Shown here: in pieces, positions 28,693-37,979 of the stretch | How positions within the stretch are numbered: position 1 is the first letter of the stretch | Layout of the letters: the number at the start of each line of letters is the position of its first letter | NCBI GenBank assembly: GCA_001784285.1 | Contig: MFQC01000007.1 | Span: 4,197 to 68,196, forward strand | DNA from: Candidatus Magasanikbacteria bacterium RIFCSPHIGHO2_02_FULL_48_18 | GTDB taxonomy: Bacteria > Patescibacteriota > Patescibacteriia > Magasanikbacterales > UBA922 | Direction: 5' to 3' | Length of the DNA stretch: 64,000 bases | Position numbers and translations under genes: made by a program | Notes under the pieces: model-generated | The model's input: the letters and a program-made list of their open reading frames with translations, nothing else | Database searches by the model: none | Told to the model about the DNA's origin: nothing

Positions 28693-29776
28693 GGTCGCGA
28701 TTATTTATCTTTCGTTTCATTGCGAACCCTATATTGACGATGTCGTATCATCACTCAAAAAATTAACCTATCCGAGAGATCGGGTTGAATGTATCGTGGT
28801 CGACAACCCGCATCCGGAGTTCGGGCCATCGGTTCGTTTTCTGGAAGAAACCGTTTTGCCGCTTTCTCAAAAAGAAATTCCACATGTGACCCTGTTGCCC
28901 CAAAAAGAAAATACCGGATTTGCGGGCGGCAACAATGTTGGCGTTCGCTGGGCGCTCGCGCACGGGTTTGATTATGTTTTTTTCCACAATAATGACGGAT
29001 TTATGGCGTCCAATTGTCTTGAGCCAATCGTTGAGGCAATGGAAAAAGACAAGACGATCGGCGCCGCGCAGTCGCTCATGTTGCTCCACCCGGAGACGGA
29101 TCTTATCAACAGCACGGGGAATTCATTTCATTATTTGGGGTTTGGATTTTGCGATCAGTACCGTATGAAATTTGAGGAACTTCGACTTCCTCCCATCAAA
29201 GAAATTTCATACGCGAGCGGCGCCGCGCTGTTGATGCGCGCCGATCTTATCCGCCAGTACGGCATGTGGGATGAAAATTTTTTTCTCTATCATGAAGATT
29301 TGGAATGGTCCTTGCGTTTGAGAGCGGTGGGATATCGCATTGTGCTTGTCAGCGACTCCATTTTTTATCATAAATATCAATTTAGCCGGAGCATTACCAA
29401 ATTTTATTGGATGGAAAGAAACCGGTATGGCACGATGCTCATGTTTTTCAAATGGCGCACGCTGGTTCTTCTTCTCCCCATAGGGCTTGCGCTTGAGCTT
29501 GGTCTTTGGTTTTTTGCGTTCAAAGGCGGGTGGGCGGATAAGCGAGTCCAAATTTATCGCTATTGGTTGCAACCAAAACACTGGACACTGTGGCTCAAAA
29601 AACGGAAGAACATTCAATCGATGCGGAAAGTAAGCGACCGATTTTTGCTGTCATTTTCCGTTGCCGGTATTTATTTTCAGGATAAATCGGTGGATAATCC
29701 GCTCGTGCGGTATATTGCCAACCCTGTGATGACGCTCTATTATTGGATTGTGGTGAAGGGGCTTATTTGGTGGTGA
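28673..29776 (+). CDS. glycosyltransferase family 2 with C-terminal membrane anchor
   Basis: VVDNPHPEFG...NTGFAGGNNVG...LYHEDLEWSLR; C-terminal TM helices (LVLLLPIGLALELGLWFFAF). Overlaps the previous gene by 20 nt. Confidence 0.7.
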   Translation: MLQNYPKVAIIYLSFHCEPYIDDVVSSLKKLTYPRDRVECIVVDNPHPEFGPSVRFLEETVLPLSQKEIPHVTLLPQKENTGFAGGNNVGVRWALAHGFDYVFFHNNDGFMASNCLEPIVEAMEKDKTIGAAQSLMLLHPETDLINSTGNSFHYLGFGFCDQYRMKFEELRLPPIKEISYASGAALLMRADLIRQYGMWDENFFLYHEDLEWSLRLRAVGYRIVLVSDSIFYHKYQFSRSITKFYWMERNRYGTMLMFFKWRTLVLLLPIGLALELGLWFFAFKGGWADKRVQIYRYWLQPKHWTLWLKKRKNIQSMRKVSDRFLLSFSVAGIYFQDKSVDNPLVRYIANPVMTLYYWIVVKGLIWW

Positions 29777-29777
29777 T

Positions 29778-30869
29778 ATGAAAATCAAAAAAGCAGTGCT
29801 TACCGGCGGCGGCCGCGCCACGCGGCTTCATCCGATTACCACGACAATTAACAAGCATCTTTTGCCATTGGCGAACAAGCCAATGATTTTTCATGCTATT
29901 GAAAAAGCGGTCGAAGCGGGTATCACCGAGATTTTTATCAATATGAATCCCGGAGAGACAGAACTGCAAAAGTATATCGGCGATGGCGGGCACTGGGGCA
30001 TTCGCATCCGATTTTACGAACAAACCGGCGGTCCGCAGGGTGTGGCGCATGTGGTCAAAGAGGCCGAGCGTTTTATCGGCCATGATCCATTTCTTTTTTA
30101 TTTGTCCGATAATATTCTTTTGGGCAGTTTGAAAGAAATGGTGGATTCGTTTACGCGTGAGCGGTACGACTGCATGCTCGCGCTCTCCCAAGTTGAAGAT
30201 CCGGAGCGTTTTGGCGTGCCGGTATTTGACGACCGCCGTCATATTATTGATGTATTGGAAAAACCGGCGAATCCGCCGAATAACTTTGCGGTTACCGGCG
30301 TGTATCTCTACGGCCATCGAGTCTTTTTTGACGCGTTCGATCATATCGAAAAAAGCGCGCGCGGCGAATATGAAATTTCGAGTATTCATTCCTATTTGTT
30401 GCATGCCGGCAAAAAGGTAGGCTATAGAGAAATTACCGGCTGGTGGAAAGATACAGGGAAAGTGGAGGATTTATTGGTTGCCAATCGCTTGCTTTTGGAT
30501 CAGCTTGAGCCGGGAGAATTTTCAAATCACGGGACCGTGCATCATGATACTCAGATCAACGGCAATGTGAGAATTGGCATTGGCACACAAACCCAGGAGG
30601 GCGTGGTTGTACATGGGCCGGTTATTATTGGAGAGAATTGCGTTCTTCGGAATTGTGCCATTGGGCCCCACGTCACGATTGGCCCGGGAACGGAAATACG
30701 AGGATCCACTATTTTCAACTCCATCATTCTCGACAATGTCGTGATTGACGGCGATATTCATATTCGCGACAGTCTTATCGGAAAAAAGGTGGAGATACGA
30801 AAACAAAACGATGACGCGGCGGCCGGTCATCGAATGATTGTAGGAGACAAGACGGTTATTGAAATATAA
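29778..30869 (+). CDS. sugar-1-phosphate nucleotidyltransferase, long form with C-terminal left-handed beta-helix (RmlA-like glucose-1-phosphate thymidylyltransferase)
   Basis: N-terminal LTGGGRATRLHPITTTINKHLLPLANKPMI (GxGTRL motif); C-terminal hexapeptide repeats VIIGENCVLRNCAIGPHVTIGPGTEIRGSTIF... Confidence 0.75.
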   Translation: MKIKKAVLTGGGRATRLHPITTTINKHLLPLANKPMIFHAIEKAVEAGITEIFINMNPGETELQKYIGDGGHWGIRIRFYEQTGGPQGVAHVVKEAERFIGHDPFLFYLSDNILLGSLKEMVDSFTRERYDCMLALSQVEDPERFGVPVFDDRRHIIDVLEKPANPPNNFAVTGVYLYGHRVFFDAFDHIEKSARGEYEISSIHSYLLHAGKKVGYREITGWWKDTGKVEDLLVANRLLLDQLEPGEFSNHGTVHHDTQINGNVRIGIGTQTQEGVVVHGPVIIGENCVLRNCAIGPHVTIGPGTEIRGSTIFNSIILDNVVIDGDIHIRDSLIGKKVEIRKQNDDAAAGHRMIVGDKTVIEI

Positions 30870-30874
30870 TTGTG

Positions 30875-32242
30875 TCAATAGGCGAGTTCAAAAATTCCTT
30901 GTTCTTTATTCACTTCTCCAAAAAAATAAATTATGCGTTTTTTGACGTCCACGCCGAAACTTTCTATACGCACGTCCGAAAGAACGGTTTGGCTCATATG
31001 GTAGTCGGGATGAAACGCAATGAGCGCGTTTTCTTTTGCAATAAACAGCGCGCCATGAATATCCAGAGCTTTGACATCCTTCATGGGTTCGCTCGTGCGA
31101 TTGAAAAGAGCCAAAGAGCCATTCTCATAAATATTCCATAGTTCCCAAGGCGACCAAAGGACCCACTCGGAGACAAAAGGGTTGTAATACCACGAATCAA
31201 CAGCAACCGTCTTTTTTCCTTGTATGTCAATGCCGTTGCTTCGGGAAAAGATCATGACACCTGCGGGGCCATGCGCAATAAGGCGATTGTCGTTGATGTC
31301 AATAATCTGATCGATTTCTTCCTCAAGATATATTGCTGATTGATTTTTTGGCGAACGTTCAAGAACATTTTTCTCAGGGGCATACGAAAAAACCGTTTGA
31401 TGATCATCCACATACCATATCGAAGAGGATGAAATGGCGATATTTTTTTCACTGAGCGTATTGATGCGCTGGATCATGTCTTCCTTTTGGATGTATACGC
31501 CTTGTTCTGTCTTTTGTTTTGGCCATTGAGAGACATGTGCGCTTTTTGTGGTTGTCACTGTTGCCGTTATCGCGGGGTTTTTGGCCGAGAAAATCGTTGA
31601 TGAAACGATATCTTTTTCCATTTCTCCGATAAGCCCATAATGCCCTGACCATGACCAGGAAAGAGAGAACGGCGCTGTTCCCGCGGTTGTGCTCACAGGA
31701 ATACGTTTTGGCGGTCTTTTGGAAAAATCAATAAGGTCGACTGTTATACCCGTTTCCGTTTGTTGTTGCGCCATGGCATACTGCCCATCATGCGAAAATA
31801 CGACATGTTCCGGAGTCGTCGTTGCCGAAAAAAAATTGAGCCTCACCGGAGAGGCCTTTTTCATAAGACTGAGGTCTCGAATATAGGTGGTTTGGGTGCT
31901 TTCGACCGGCATCTCTTTTTCCCACGGATAATATCCTTCTTTTTCAATTCGAATGCGATAGGCGCCGGGTTTGAGATTGGTGATGCGGGCGCTGGTTTCT
32001 CCGGAGAAAATGCCTATTTTTTTGGAAGAAACGGGTAGAGCATTGATAAAAATATTGGCATCTGCCGGCCGTATGGTGATGCTCACGACACCGGTTTGCT
32101 GTACATGAAATGTCCGAAAATCAATCCGGTAACCGATGGTATAAAAAATGAGCATGGGCGCCGAGATAGAAAAAATGGCAATCAAGCCAATCATAATGGC
32201 TCGTCTCAAGCGGCGCGTAAGAAACGTATTGGGATAGGTCAT
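30875..32242 (-). CDS. PEGA-domain membrane-anchored protein, function unknown
   Basis: N-terminal TM helix (MIGLIAIFSISAPMLIFYTIGY), then a PEGA-like beta-sandwich (ANIFINALPVSSKK...LKPGAYRIRIEKEGYYPWEKEMPV). Start trimmed to MTYPNTF (32242). Confidence 0.5.
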   Translation of the reverse strand: MTYPNTFLTRRLRRAIMIGLIAIFSISAPMLIFYTIGYRIDFRTFHVQQTGVVSITIRPADANIFINALPVSSKKIGIFSGETSARITNLKPGAYRIRIEKEGYYPWEKEMPVESTQTTYIRDLSLMKKASPVRLNFFSATTTPEHVVFSHDGQYAMAQQQTETGITVDLIDFSKRPPKRIPVSTTAGTAPFSLSWSWSGHYGLIGEMEKDIVSSTIFSAKNPAITATVTTTKSAHVSQWPKQKTEQGVYIQKEDMIQRINTLSEKNIAISSSSIWYVDDHQTVFSYAPEKNVLERSPKNQSAIYLEEEIDQIIDINDNRLIAHGPAGVMIFSRSNGIDIQGKKTVAVDSWYYNPFVSEWVLWSPWELWNIYENGSLALFNRTSEPMKDVKALDIHGALFIAKENALIAFHPDYHMSQTVLSDVRIESFGVDVKKRIIYFFGEVNKEQGIFELAY

Positions 32243-32307
32243 AGGGATTGCCTTTTTCTTTTCTCTACGGTATAATCCTATCACATTATGTGTCAAAATC
32301 AACCGGT

Positions 32308-33630
32308 ATGGGAATGTTTTTGATTCACGGCGGAAAACAATTGCATGGAACCATTGATGTCACCTCAGGAAAAAATTCGCCCGTCGCTCTTTTGATGGGT
32401 TCATTGGTGATCAAGGGCAAGGTGCGTCTTGAAGATATGAGCCGCGTCGAAGACGTGGAACGCGTGCTTGAACTTTTGGAGAGTATCGGCGTTTCCTACG
32501 CGTGGGAAACGGAAAAAATCGTTGTCCTCGATACGTCAAAACCGCTGACGCTTGAGTCCATTGACCGGCAGGCATGTCGAAAACTTCGGATTTCGTTATT
32601 ATTGTTTGGCGCGCTTTGCGCTAGAGAACGTTCATACAAATTATATAAATCCGGAGGGTGCAAGCTCGGCAATCGTTCGATATTTCCCCACGCGCACAGC
32701 CTGGAAAAGTTTGGCATTCGCATTATTTCAAAAACCAGATGGTACGAGGTTGTGACGCGCAAGCTCGCGGCGGCGCACGTCGTGATGTATGAATCCGGGG
32801 ATACAGCGACCGAAAATGTTATTTTGGCGGCAGTTCTTGCCCCCGGCACTACCACCATTACCTTTGCGTCGGCCAATTACATGGTGCAAGACCTGTGCCA
32901 CATGCTGGTTGCGGCGGGCGCGCGGATTGAGGGCATTGGCACGACCACGCTCACGATTACGGGAGTAAAACGCTTGCACGATGTCTCGTTTGCGGTTTCC
33001 CCCGATCCAGTGGATGCTATGGCATGGATTTCGCTCGCAGTCACCACGCAGTCGCCGCTCACCATTCGCCATTGCCCCATTCAGTTTCTTGAATTGGAAT
33101 TGGAAAAGCTCTCTGTCATGGGACAGAAATACCGTTTGGGAAAAAAACGAAAGGCAAAAAACGGCAAAACCGATTTGGTCGATGTGACCATCCGACCTTC
33201 CACGCTTTCCGCGCTTCCCGATAAGTTGTATGGCAGGCCATTTCCCGGGTTGAATATTGATAATGTTTCATTGTTTGTTCCACTATTAACTCAGGCAAAA
33301 GGGCGGACGCTGGTGCATGATTGGTGTTATGAAAACAGGGCGCTCTATTATTTGGAATTGCAAAAATTGGGCGCCAAAGTGACACTGCTTGACCCGCATC
33401 GCGTGTTTATCGAAGGACCAACGCCGCTTATTGGCAATGAATTGATTTGTCCCAACGCAATACGGCCGGCCATGGCGCTTCTTATCGCCATGATCGCGGC
33501 AAAGGGAACATCGGTCCTGCGCAATACGTATCCTATCGAGCGCGCGTATGAAGATTTGGTGGGCAGGCTCACTCATATTGGCGTCAGCATTCAACGCGTG
33601 GACGCAAGGCCCGACAGTATCGTATTTTAA
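32308..33630 (+). CDS. murA: UDP-N-acetylglucosamine 1-carboxyvinyltransferase
   Basis: GGKQLHGTIDVTSGKNSPVALL N-terminus; catalytic-Cys loop KSGGCKLGNRSIFPHAHSLEKFG; EPSP-synthase fold length (440 aa). Start trimmed to ATG 32308. Confidence 0.85.
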   Translation: MGMFLIHGGKQLHGTIDVTSGKNSPVALLMGSLVIKGKVRLEDMSRVEDVERVLELLESIGVSYAWETEKIVVLDTSKPLTLESIDRQACRKLRISLLLFGALCARERSYKLYKSGGCKLGNRSIFPHAHSLEKFGIRIISKTRWYEVVTRKLAAAHVVMYESGDTATENVILAAVLAPGTTTITFASANYMVQDLCHMLVAAGARIEGIGTTTLTITGVKRLHDVSFAVSPDPVDAMAWISLAVTTQSPLTIRHCPIQFLELELEKLSVMGQKYRLGKKRKAKNGKTDLVDVTIRPSTLSALPDKLYGRPFPGLNIDNVSLFVPLLTQAKGRTLVHDWCYENRALYYLELQKLGAKVTLLDPHRVFIEGPTPLIGNELICPNAIRPAMALLIAMIAAKGTSVLRNTYPIERAYEDLVGRLTHIGVSIQRVDARPDSIVF

Positions 33631-33637
33631 AAAAAAG

Positions 33638-34915
33638 ATGCATATGATGGAGTATCCTCTTCGGAACACTCAGAGAAAAAGAAAAAAGATTATCGTGATT
33701 TTTTTGGTTTGTCTTTCTTTTGGTCTTGGTTTTTTTGCCGGTGATTTATGGTCCGTCGGCAGGGCGGTGACGAATGAATCCGGCCAGGTGGACATTACCA
33801 AGGTCGTGGACCTTTATTCCAAAACACGGTCGCCATCGGTGAGTTTTTCTCAGTATTGGGATATTTGGGACAGCATTCAGTCAAACTATGTCGGGAATAA
33901 CACCGATGACGTGTCGCTATTTTATGGGTCGCTCGAAGGGCTGGTCAACAGCCTTGACGATCCGTATTCCGTCTATTTTCCTCCCAAAAAGGCGGCAGAA
34001 TTTGCCCAGGATTTGTCTGGAAAATTTGAAGGCATTGGTGCGGAAATCGGCGTAAAAGATAAACAAATTATTATTTTAGCCCCACTGCCATCATCACCGG
34101 CCGAACAGGCAGGCTTGCGCCCGGGCGACATGGTTCTTGCGATTGATGAAAAAGAGACATTTGGGATGACCTTGGAAGAGGCGGTATCGCGGATTCGAGG
34201 TCCAAAAGGGACGTCCGTCCGATTGAGCATTGTCCGCGAAGATGCGCTTGATAAAACGCGCAATATTGTGATTACTCGCAACACCATAGACGTGCCGAGC
34301 ATTATGTTTGAGATGAAAGAGAATGGCATTGCTTTTATTCGAATCGGCTATTTTAATGAAAAGACAAAAAAAGAATTTGACACCGCGGTTCGTTCGTTTT
34401 TGGAAAAATCAGGAAAAGGAATCATTCTTGACATGCGGAGCAACCCCGGAGGGTATTTGGACACGTCGATTGATGTGGCAAGCGAGTGGATCGCGGAAGG
34501 GGTGATTGTAAAAGAGGCATTTCGGGATCCCGCGCAGAATCAAGAACATGCCACAACAGGAAACCATCGTCTCGTTGGCGTGCCGACCGTGGTTTTGGTG
34601 GATGATTTAACGGCGTCAGGCGCGGAAATTGTTGCGGGCGCCCTCCAGGATTATAAGGCGGCCACCATTCTCGGCCAACAAACTTTTGGGAAAGGATCGG
34701 TCCAGGATTTTCAGTTTCTTCCCGACGGATCGGCGCTCAAATTAACAGTGGCAAAATGGCTTACCCCGAACGGAAGACATATTGATCAAGAAGGCATTCT
34801 GCCCGATATCATTATTGACCCCATGTTTCGTCTGGTTGACGACCAAAATCAGCCGCTCGAGAAGCCCGTTGATGAGGGAATGGAAAAGGCAATGGAGATA
34901 TTGAACAAATTATAA
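33638..34915 (+). CDS. carboxyl-terminal processing protease (peptidase S41, CtpA/Prc-like) with PDZ domain
   Basis: N-terminal TM; PDZ region GLRPGDMVLAIDEK; S41 motifs IILDMRSNPGGYL, DLTASGAEIVAGAL, FGKGSVQ. Confidence 0.85.
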   Translation: MHMMEYPLRNTQRKRKKIIVIFLVCLSFGLGFFAGDLWSVGRAVTNESGQVDITKVVDLYSKTRSPSVSFSQYWDIWDSIQSNYVGNNTDDVSLFYGSLEGLVNSLDDPYSVYFPPKKAAEFAQDLSGKFEGIGAEIGVKDKQIIILAPLPSSPAEQAGLRPGDMVLAIDEKETFGMTLEEAVSRIRGPKGTSVRLSIVREDALDKTRNIVITRNTIDVPSIMFEMKENGIAFIRIGYFNEKTKKEFDTAVRSFLEKSGKGIILDMRSNPGGYLDTSIDVASEWIAEGVIVKEAFRDPAQNQEHATTGNHRLVGVPTVVLVDDLTASGAEIVAGALQDYKAATILGQQTFGKGSVQDFQFLPDGSALKLTVAKWLTPNGRHIDQEGILPDIIIDPMFRLVDDQNQPLEKPVDEGMEKAMEILNKL

Positions 34916-34943
34916 GATTTATTTCATAATTTTTATTTTTTAT

Positions 34944-36110
34944 ATGACCGACATGAACGAGGCGCATCAAAACGATGGGGGCACAGCATCGCACCCAGAC
35001 GATGTATCACCAAAGAAAAAAACATCCCACCCCGGAAAAATGTTTTTGTATGGCATTCTCACCCTTATCGCTCTCGCGCTTATTGGCGGGTATTATATGG
35101 TGCGTGTGGGCGCTCAAGAGCTGTCTCCTGCGCCTTACGTAGTGAAGGCCGCGACGGTCATGCGTCTTTCTATTGGCAGTGTTAACGGGCAAAAGATTCT
35201 TTTTTCCGATTATGCGAAAGATTACACCAGTTTAAAAACGTTTTTTTCACAGCCGCGGGAAGGATTTGAAAGCCCTGAAAAAGAAGAATTGCGAAAAATT
35301 GTCGCACAGCGTTTGTTTTTGAATGCCCTGGTCAAGAGCGCCGCCAATATGTTTGGTGTCTCCGTGACGAATGATGATTATGAAGAAGGTAAAGCAGACC
35401 TTATTGCGTCTCGAGGGTCGGAAGAAGTCGCGGCCGGGGAATTGATGGATCAATATGGGTGGACGATCGACGATTTTCTGCACCGCGTCATCGGGCCATT
35501 GGTGCTTGAGCGAAAATTACGGGAAGCATTTGGCGAGAGTACCGACTCCGCGTATGAACAATATGAGACCGGAGAAGAAGAGGTGCGGGCGAGCCACATT
35601 CTTTTTCCTGTCGACACCGCCGATCTTGAAGGAAAAGCGCCAGAAGATGCAAAGGCGCAGGTGCGTTCAGCGGCTCAAGAAGTGCTTGATTCCATGTCGT
35701 CCGATACCGATTTTGCGGCGCTCGCAAAACAATACGGCAGTGACGCGACCGCGCCCAAAGGCGGGGATTTGGGATGGTTTGGCCGGGGAGACATGGTGGC
35801 GCCTTTTGAGGAAGCGGTGTTTGCCTTGGACATCAATCAGGTAGGTCCGCAATTGGTTGAAAGCCAATTTGGGTATCATATCGTCAAGCTCACCGGCAGG
35901 CGGCAGGCAAAAAATTTTGAAGCGTTTATGAACGATCAACTGCGGAATGCAAACGTGAAGATGTCCGCCAATTTGGAAAATCCATTTGTTGAAATTATCC
36001 AAAGTTTGGACGCCCCTGCTCCTGCTCTTGAAGATGCGCCAATCAGTATTGATGAAAATGAAAATGGTGATGGAGAAAATCCTGCGGAGAGTGTTGAGCC
36101 TGTTCAATAA
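34944..36110 (+). CDS. parvulin-type peptidyl-prolyl cis-trans isomerase (PrsA/SurA-like), membrane-anchored
   Basis: TM anchor FLYGILTLIALALIGGYYMV; parvulin domain RASHILF...GGDLGWFGRGDMVAPFEEAVFAL...SQFGYHIVKL. Confidence 0.8.
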   Translation: MTDMNEAHQNDGGTASHPDDVSPKKKTSHPGKMFLYGILTLIALALIGGYYMVRVGAQELSPAPYVVKAATVMRLSIGSVNGQKILFSDYAKDYTSLKTFFSQPREGFESPEKEELRKIVAQRLFLNALVKSAANMFGVSVTNDDYEEGKADLIASRGSEEVAAGELMDQYGWTIDDFLHRVIGPLVLERKLREAFGESTDSAYEQYETGEEEVRASHILFPVDTADLEGKAPEDAKAQVRSAAQEVLDSMSSDTDFAALAKQYGSDATAPKGGDLGWFGRGDMVAPFEEAVFALDINQVGPQLVESQFGYHIVKLTGRRQAKNFEAFMNDQLRNANVKMSANLENPFVEIIQSLDAPAPALEDAPISIDENENGDGENPAESVEPVQ

Positions 36111-36130
36111 AAGATACGCGGCTTTGTATG

Positions 36131-36169
36131 CCCCGGATCAAAGAGGGACGTCGCACCGTCCGGGGTTTT
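36131..36169 (+). terminator. hairpin plus U-run downstream of the PPIase gene
   Basis: ccccgga...tccgggg stem followed by ttttg. Confidence 0.45.
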
Positions 36170-36241
36170 GCGGGTGTCGTATAATGGCTATTACGCCAGC
36201 TTCCCAAGCTTGATACGGCGGTTCGATTCCGCTCACCCGCT
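36170..36241 (+). tRNA. tRNA-Gly (anticodon CCC)
   Basis: GCGGGTG acceptor / CACCCGC-T; anticodon loop TTCCCAA; T-arm GGCGGTTCGATTCCGCT. Hand-folded cloverleaf. Confidence 0.8.
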
Positions 36242-36262
36242 CAAATAGCATAGTCGTGTTTT

Positions 36263-36335
36263 GCCGATGTAGCTCAGCTGGTAGAGCAGACCCTTCGTAA
36301 GGGTAAGGTCAGCGGTTCGATTCCGCTCATCGGCT
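36263..36335 (+). tRNA. tRNA-Thr (anticodon CGU)
   Basis: GCCGATG acceptor / CATCGGC; D-arm GCTCAGCTGGTAGAGC; anticodon loop TTCGTAA; T-arm AGCGGTTCGATTCCGCT. Confidence 0.8.
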
Positions 36336-36360
36336 CTTCAACATTCAATACAGATACGCT

Positions 36361-36663
36361 ATGGTTGTCAAAGAATTTTTGCAATTTATAAAAGAATACA
36401 AAATTATTTCCCTTGCGATCGCATTTGTGATGGGAAGCGCGAGCACGAGCCTTGTCAATTCTCTTGTGAAAGACGTGCTCATGCCCATTCTCAATCCGAT
36501 TCTTTCCACACAATCATGGAAAGAAATAGCCCTTCACGTTGGGCCGATCAGAATTCCATATGGCTCGTTTTTGGCGGAATTGTTTAATTTTTCTATCCTC
36601 GCGCTTATCGTATTTATTGTTGCCAAAAAAATTCTCAAAGAAGAAGTCGTAAAGAAAAAATAA
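36361..36663 (+). CDS. mscL: large-conductance mechanosensitive channel
   Basis: MVVKEFLQFIKEYKIISLAIAFVMGSASTSLVNSLVKDVLMPILNPIL... with two TM helices and a C-terminal KKILKEEVVKKK tail; 100 aa. Typical MscL. Confidence 0.8.
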   Translation: MVVKEFLQFIKEYKIISLAIAFVMGSASTSLVNSLVKDVLMPILNPILSTQSWKEIALHVGPIRIPYGSFLAELFNFSILALIVFIVAKKILKEEVVKKK

Positions 36664-36670
36664 TAACCAA

Positions 36671-36700
36671 AAAATCCTCTGAAAGATCAGAGGATTTTTT
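36671..36700 (+). terminator. rho-independent terminator after mscL (bidirectional with the minus-strand gene hairpin at 36703-36740)
   Basis: aaaatcctctga / tcagaggatttt perfect 12-bp stem with 4-nt loop and U-tract. Confidence 0.8.
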
Positions 36701-36775
36701 AATGGTCGGATTGGGCGTCTCGTATCGCCCTGGAGTCCGACCGGCTCCGTGTTGCCCCCCTTGTGGTGCCCCCAG

Positions 36776-37201
36776 CTACCCGCCCTTGGCCCGGGCGAGC
36801 TGAAGTATCCAGACGCAGACGATGGCGCACTTCATCGCCTGCTTCGCGTTGTCCGGCGTGGCGAACAGGCGCTGGGCCATGCGCCCGGCCGCGGCCGAGA
36901 TATCGCCACCATTGGCCGACATCAGAAAATCGAGCATGTGGCATTCGTTGTCCGTCAGGGCGAAAGTCTCGACGCACTCCCTCTCATCGACGGTGCATGT
37001 CTCGAGGGCCTTGGCGACCCTCCGAAAGAGTTCAATGAACATGACAGACCCGTCCGGCGCCGCGTGCCGGACGTTTGTGGTGATCAGGGCACGAATCGCG
37101 CCCTCGTTCGCGGCCTCGCGGACCAACCGGTCCACGAAGGCCTCGCCTTCCTCTTGCGTGTACATGAGCCCTCCGGTTGCGAGTTGCGTGGACGTTAGCA
37201 T
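36776..37201 (-). CDS. hypothetical protein in GC-rich islet
   Basis: 141-aa ORF with protein-like composition (MLTSTQLATGG...AAAGRMAQRLFATPDNAKQAMKCAIVCVWILQLARAKGG). True ATG. About 62% GC region. Competing +-strand ORFs here look like GC-rich frame artefacts. No function recognised. Confidence 0.4.
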   Translation of the reverse strand: MLTSTQLATGGLMYTQEEGEAFVDRLVREAANEGAIRALITTNVRHAAPDGSVMFIELFRRVAKALETCTVDERECVETFALTDNECHMLDFLMSANGGDISAAAGRMAQRLFATPDNAKQAMKCAIVCVWILQLARAKGG

Positions 37202-37254
37202 AGGTCATTTTCTTTTTCAAGGGGCAATACCATCTATATCGCTTTTTTATTTTA

Positions 37255-37263
37255 TGCTATACT
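37255..37263 (+). promoter_or_regulatory. extended -10 element TGCTATACT upstream of ftsE
   Basis: Identical 9-mer also at 43592-43600 and 45001-45009, each 20-100 nt upstream of a + strand start codon. Confidence 0.35.
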
Positions 37264-37288
37264 TTTTATAATTGATCGCGTTTTTGGT

Positions 37289-37969
37289 ATGATCACCCTT
37301 AAAGGATTAACAAAGCAATACAACAAAGACACGCTGGCACTTGATAATATTTCGGCCCATATTGGGGCAGGAGAGTTTGTTTCTATTGTCGGCCAAAGCG
37401 GAACCGGCAAAACCACGCTGATCAAAATTTTGATTGCGGAAGAAAAGCCCACTGCCGGAACTGTGGAAATAGGGGGATGGGATATTTCGGGTATTCGCAA
37501 ATCGGATATTCCTTTTTTGCGTCGCCAAATTGGCGTTATTTTCCAGGATTTTAAATTATTGCCCAAAAAAACAGTTCAAGAAAATGTATCATTTGCGCTC
37601 CAGGTGGCCGGGGAGACCCAGCATCGCATTCATGATGTGGTCCCGCGCGTTCTTGATATTGTGGGATTGGGGTATAAGGCCGACCGATATCCCGGGCAGT
37701 TGTCCGGAGGAGAACAACAGCGCGTTGTTATCGCGCGGTCGCTTGTCCATCGGCCAAAAATTGTCGTCGCGGACGAACCAACCGGAAATTTGGACGCGAT
37801 CAATACATATGAGGTGATTGAAATTTTAAAAAAAATCAATGAATTTGGAACCACCGTCGTTCTGGTGACGCACAATAGGGAAGTGGTCAATAGTCTCAAA
37901 AAGCGCGTGATTACGCTTCACAACGGCAAAATTATTGCCGATGAACAAAACGGGAAATATCGCCTTTAA
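37289..37969 (+). CDS. ftsE: cell-division ABC transporter ATP-binding protein FtsE
   Basis: Walker A GQSGTGKTT, signature LSGGEQQRVVIARSL, Walker B IVVADEPTGNLD; 226 aa. Followed directly by ftsX. Confidence 0.85.
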   Translation: MITLKGLTKQYNKDTLALDNISAHIGAGEFVSIVGQSGTGKTTLIKILIAEEKPTAGTVEIGGWDISGIRKSDIPFLRRQIGVIFQDFKLLPKKTVQENVSFALQVAGETQHRIHDVVPRVLDIVGLGYKADRYPGQLSGGEQQRVVIARSLVHRPKIVVADEPTGNLDAINTYEVIEILKKINEFGTTVVLVTHNREVVNSLKKRVITLHNGKIIADEQNGKYRL

Positions 37970-37979
37970 ATTTTCTTCC

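Noticed and set aside
36121-36169. Possible extra tRNA just upstream of tRNA-Gly
   Set aside because: It folds only as a simple hairpin (ccccgga...tccgggg) with a U-run and no cloverleaf, so I interpret it as a terminator.
36749-37271. Plus-strand ORFs 36749..37198, 36763..37038 and 36822..37271 in GC-islet 3
   Set aside because: Pro/Arg/Gly-rich translations are typical of out-of-frame GC-rich DNA. The minus-strand 36776..37201 frame is the only protein-like one, and even that is low confidence.
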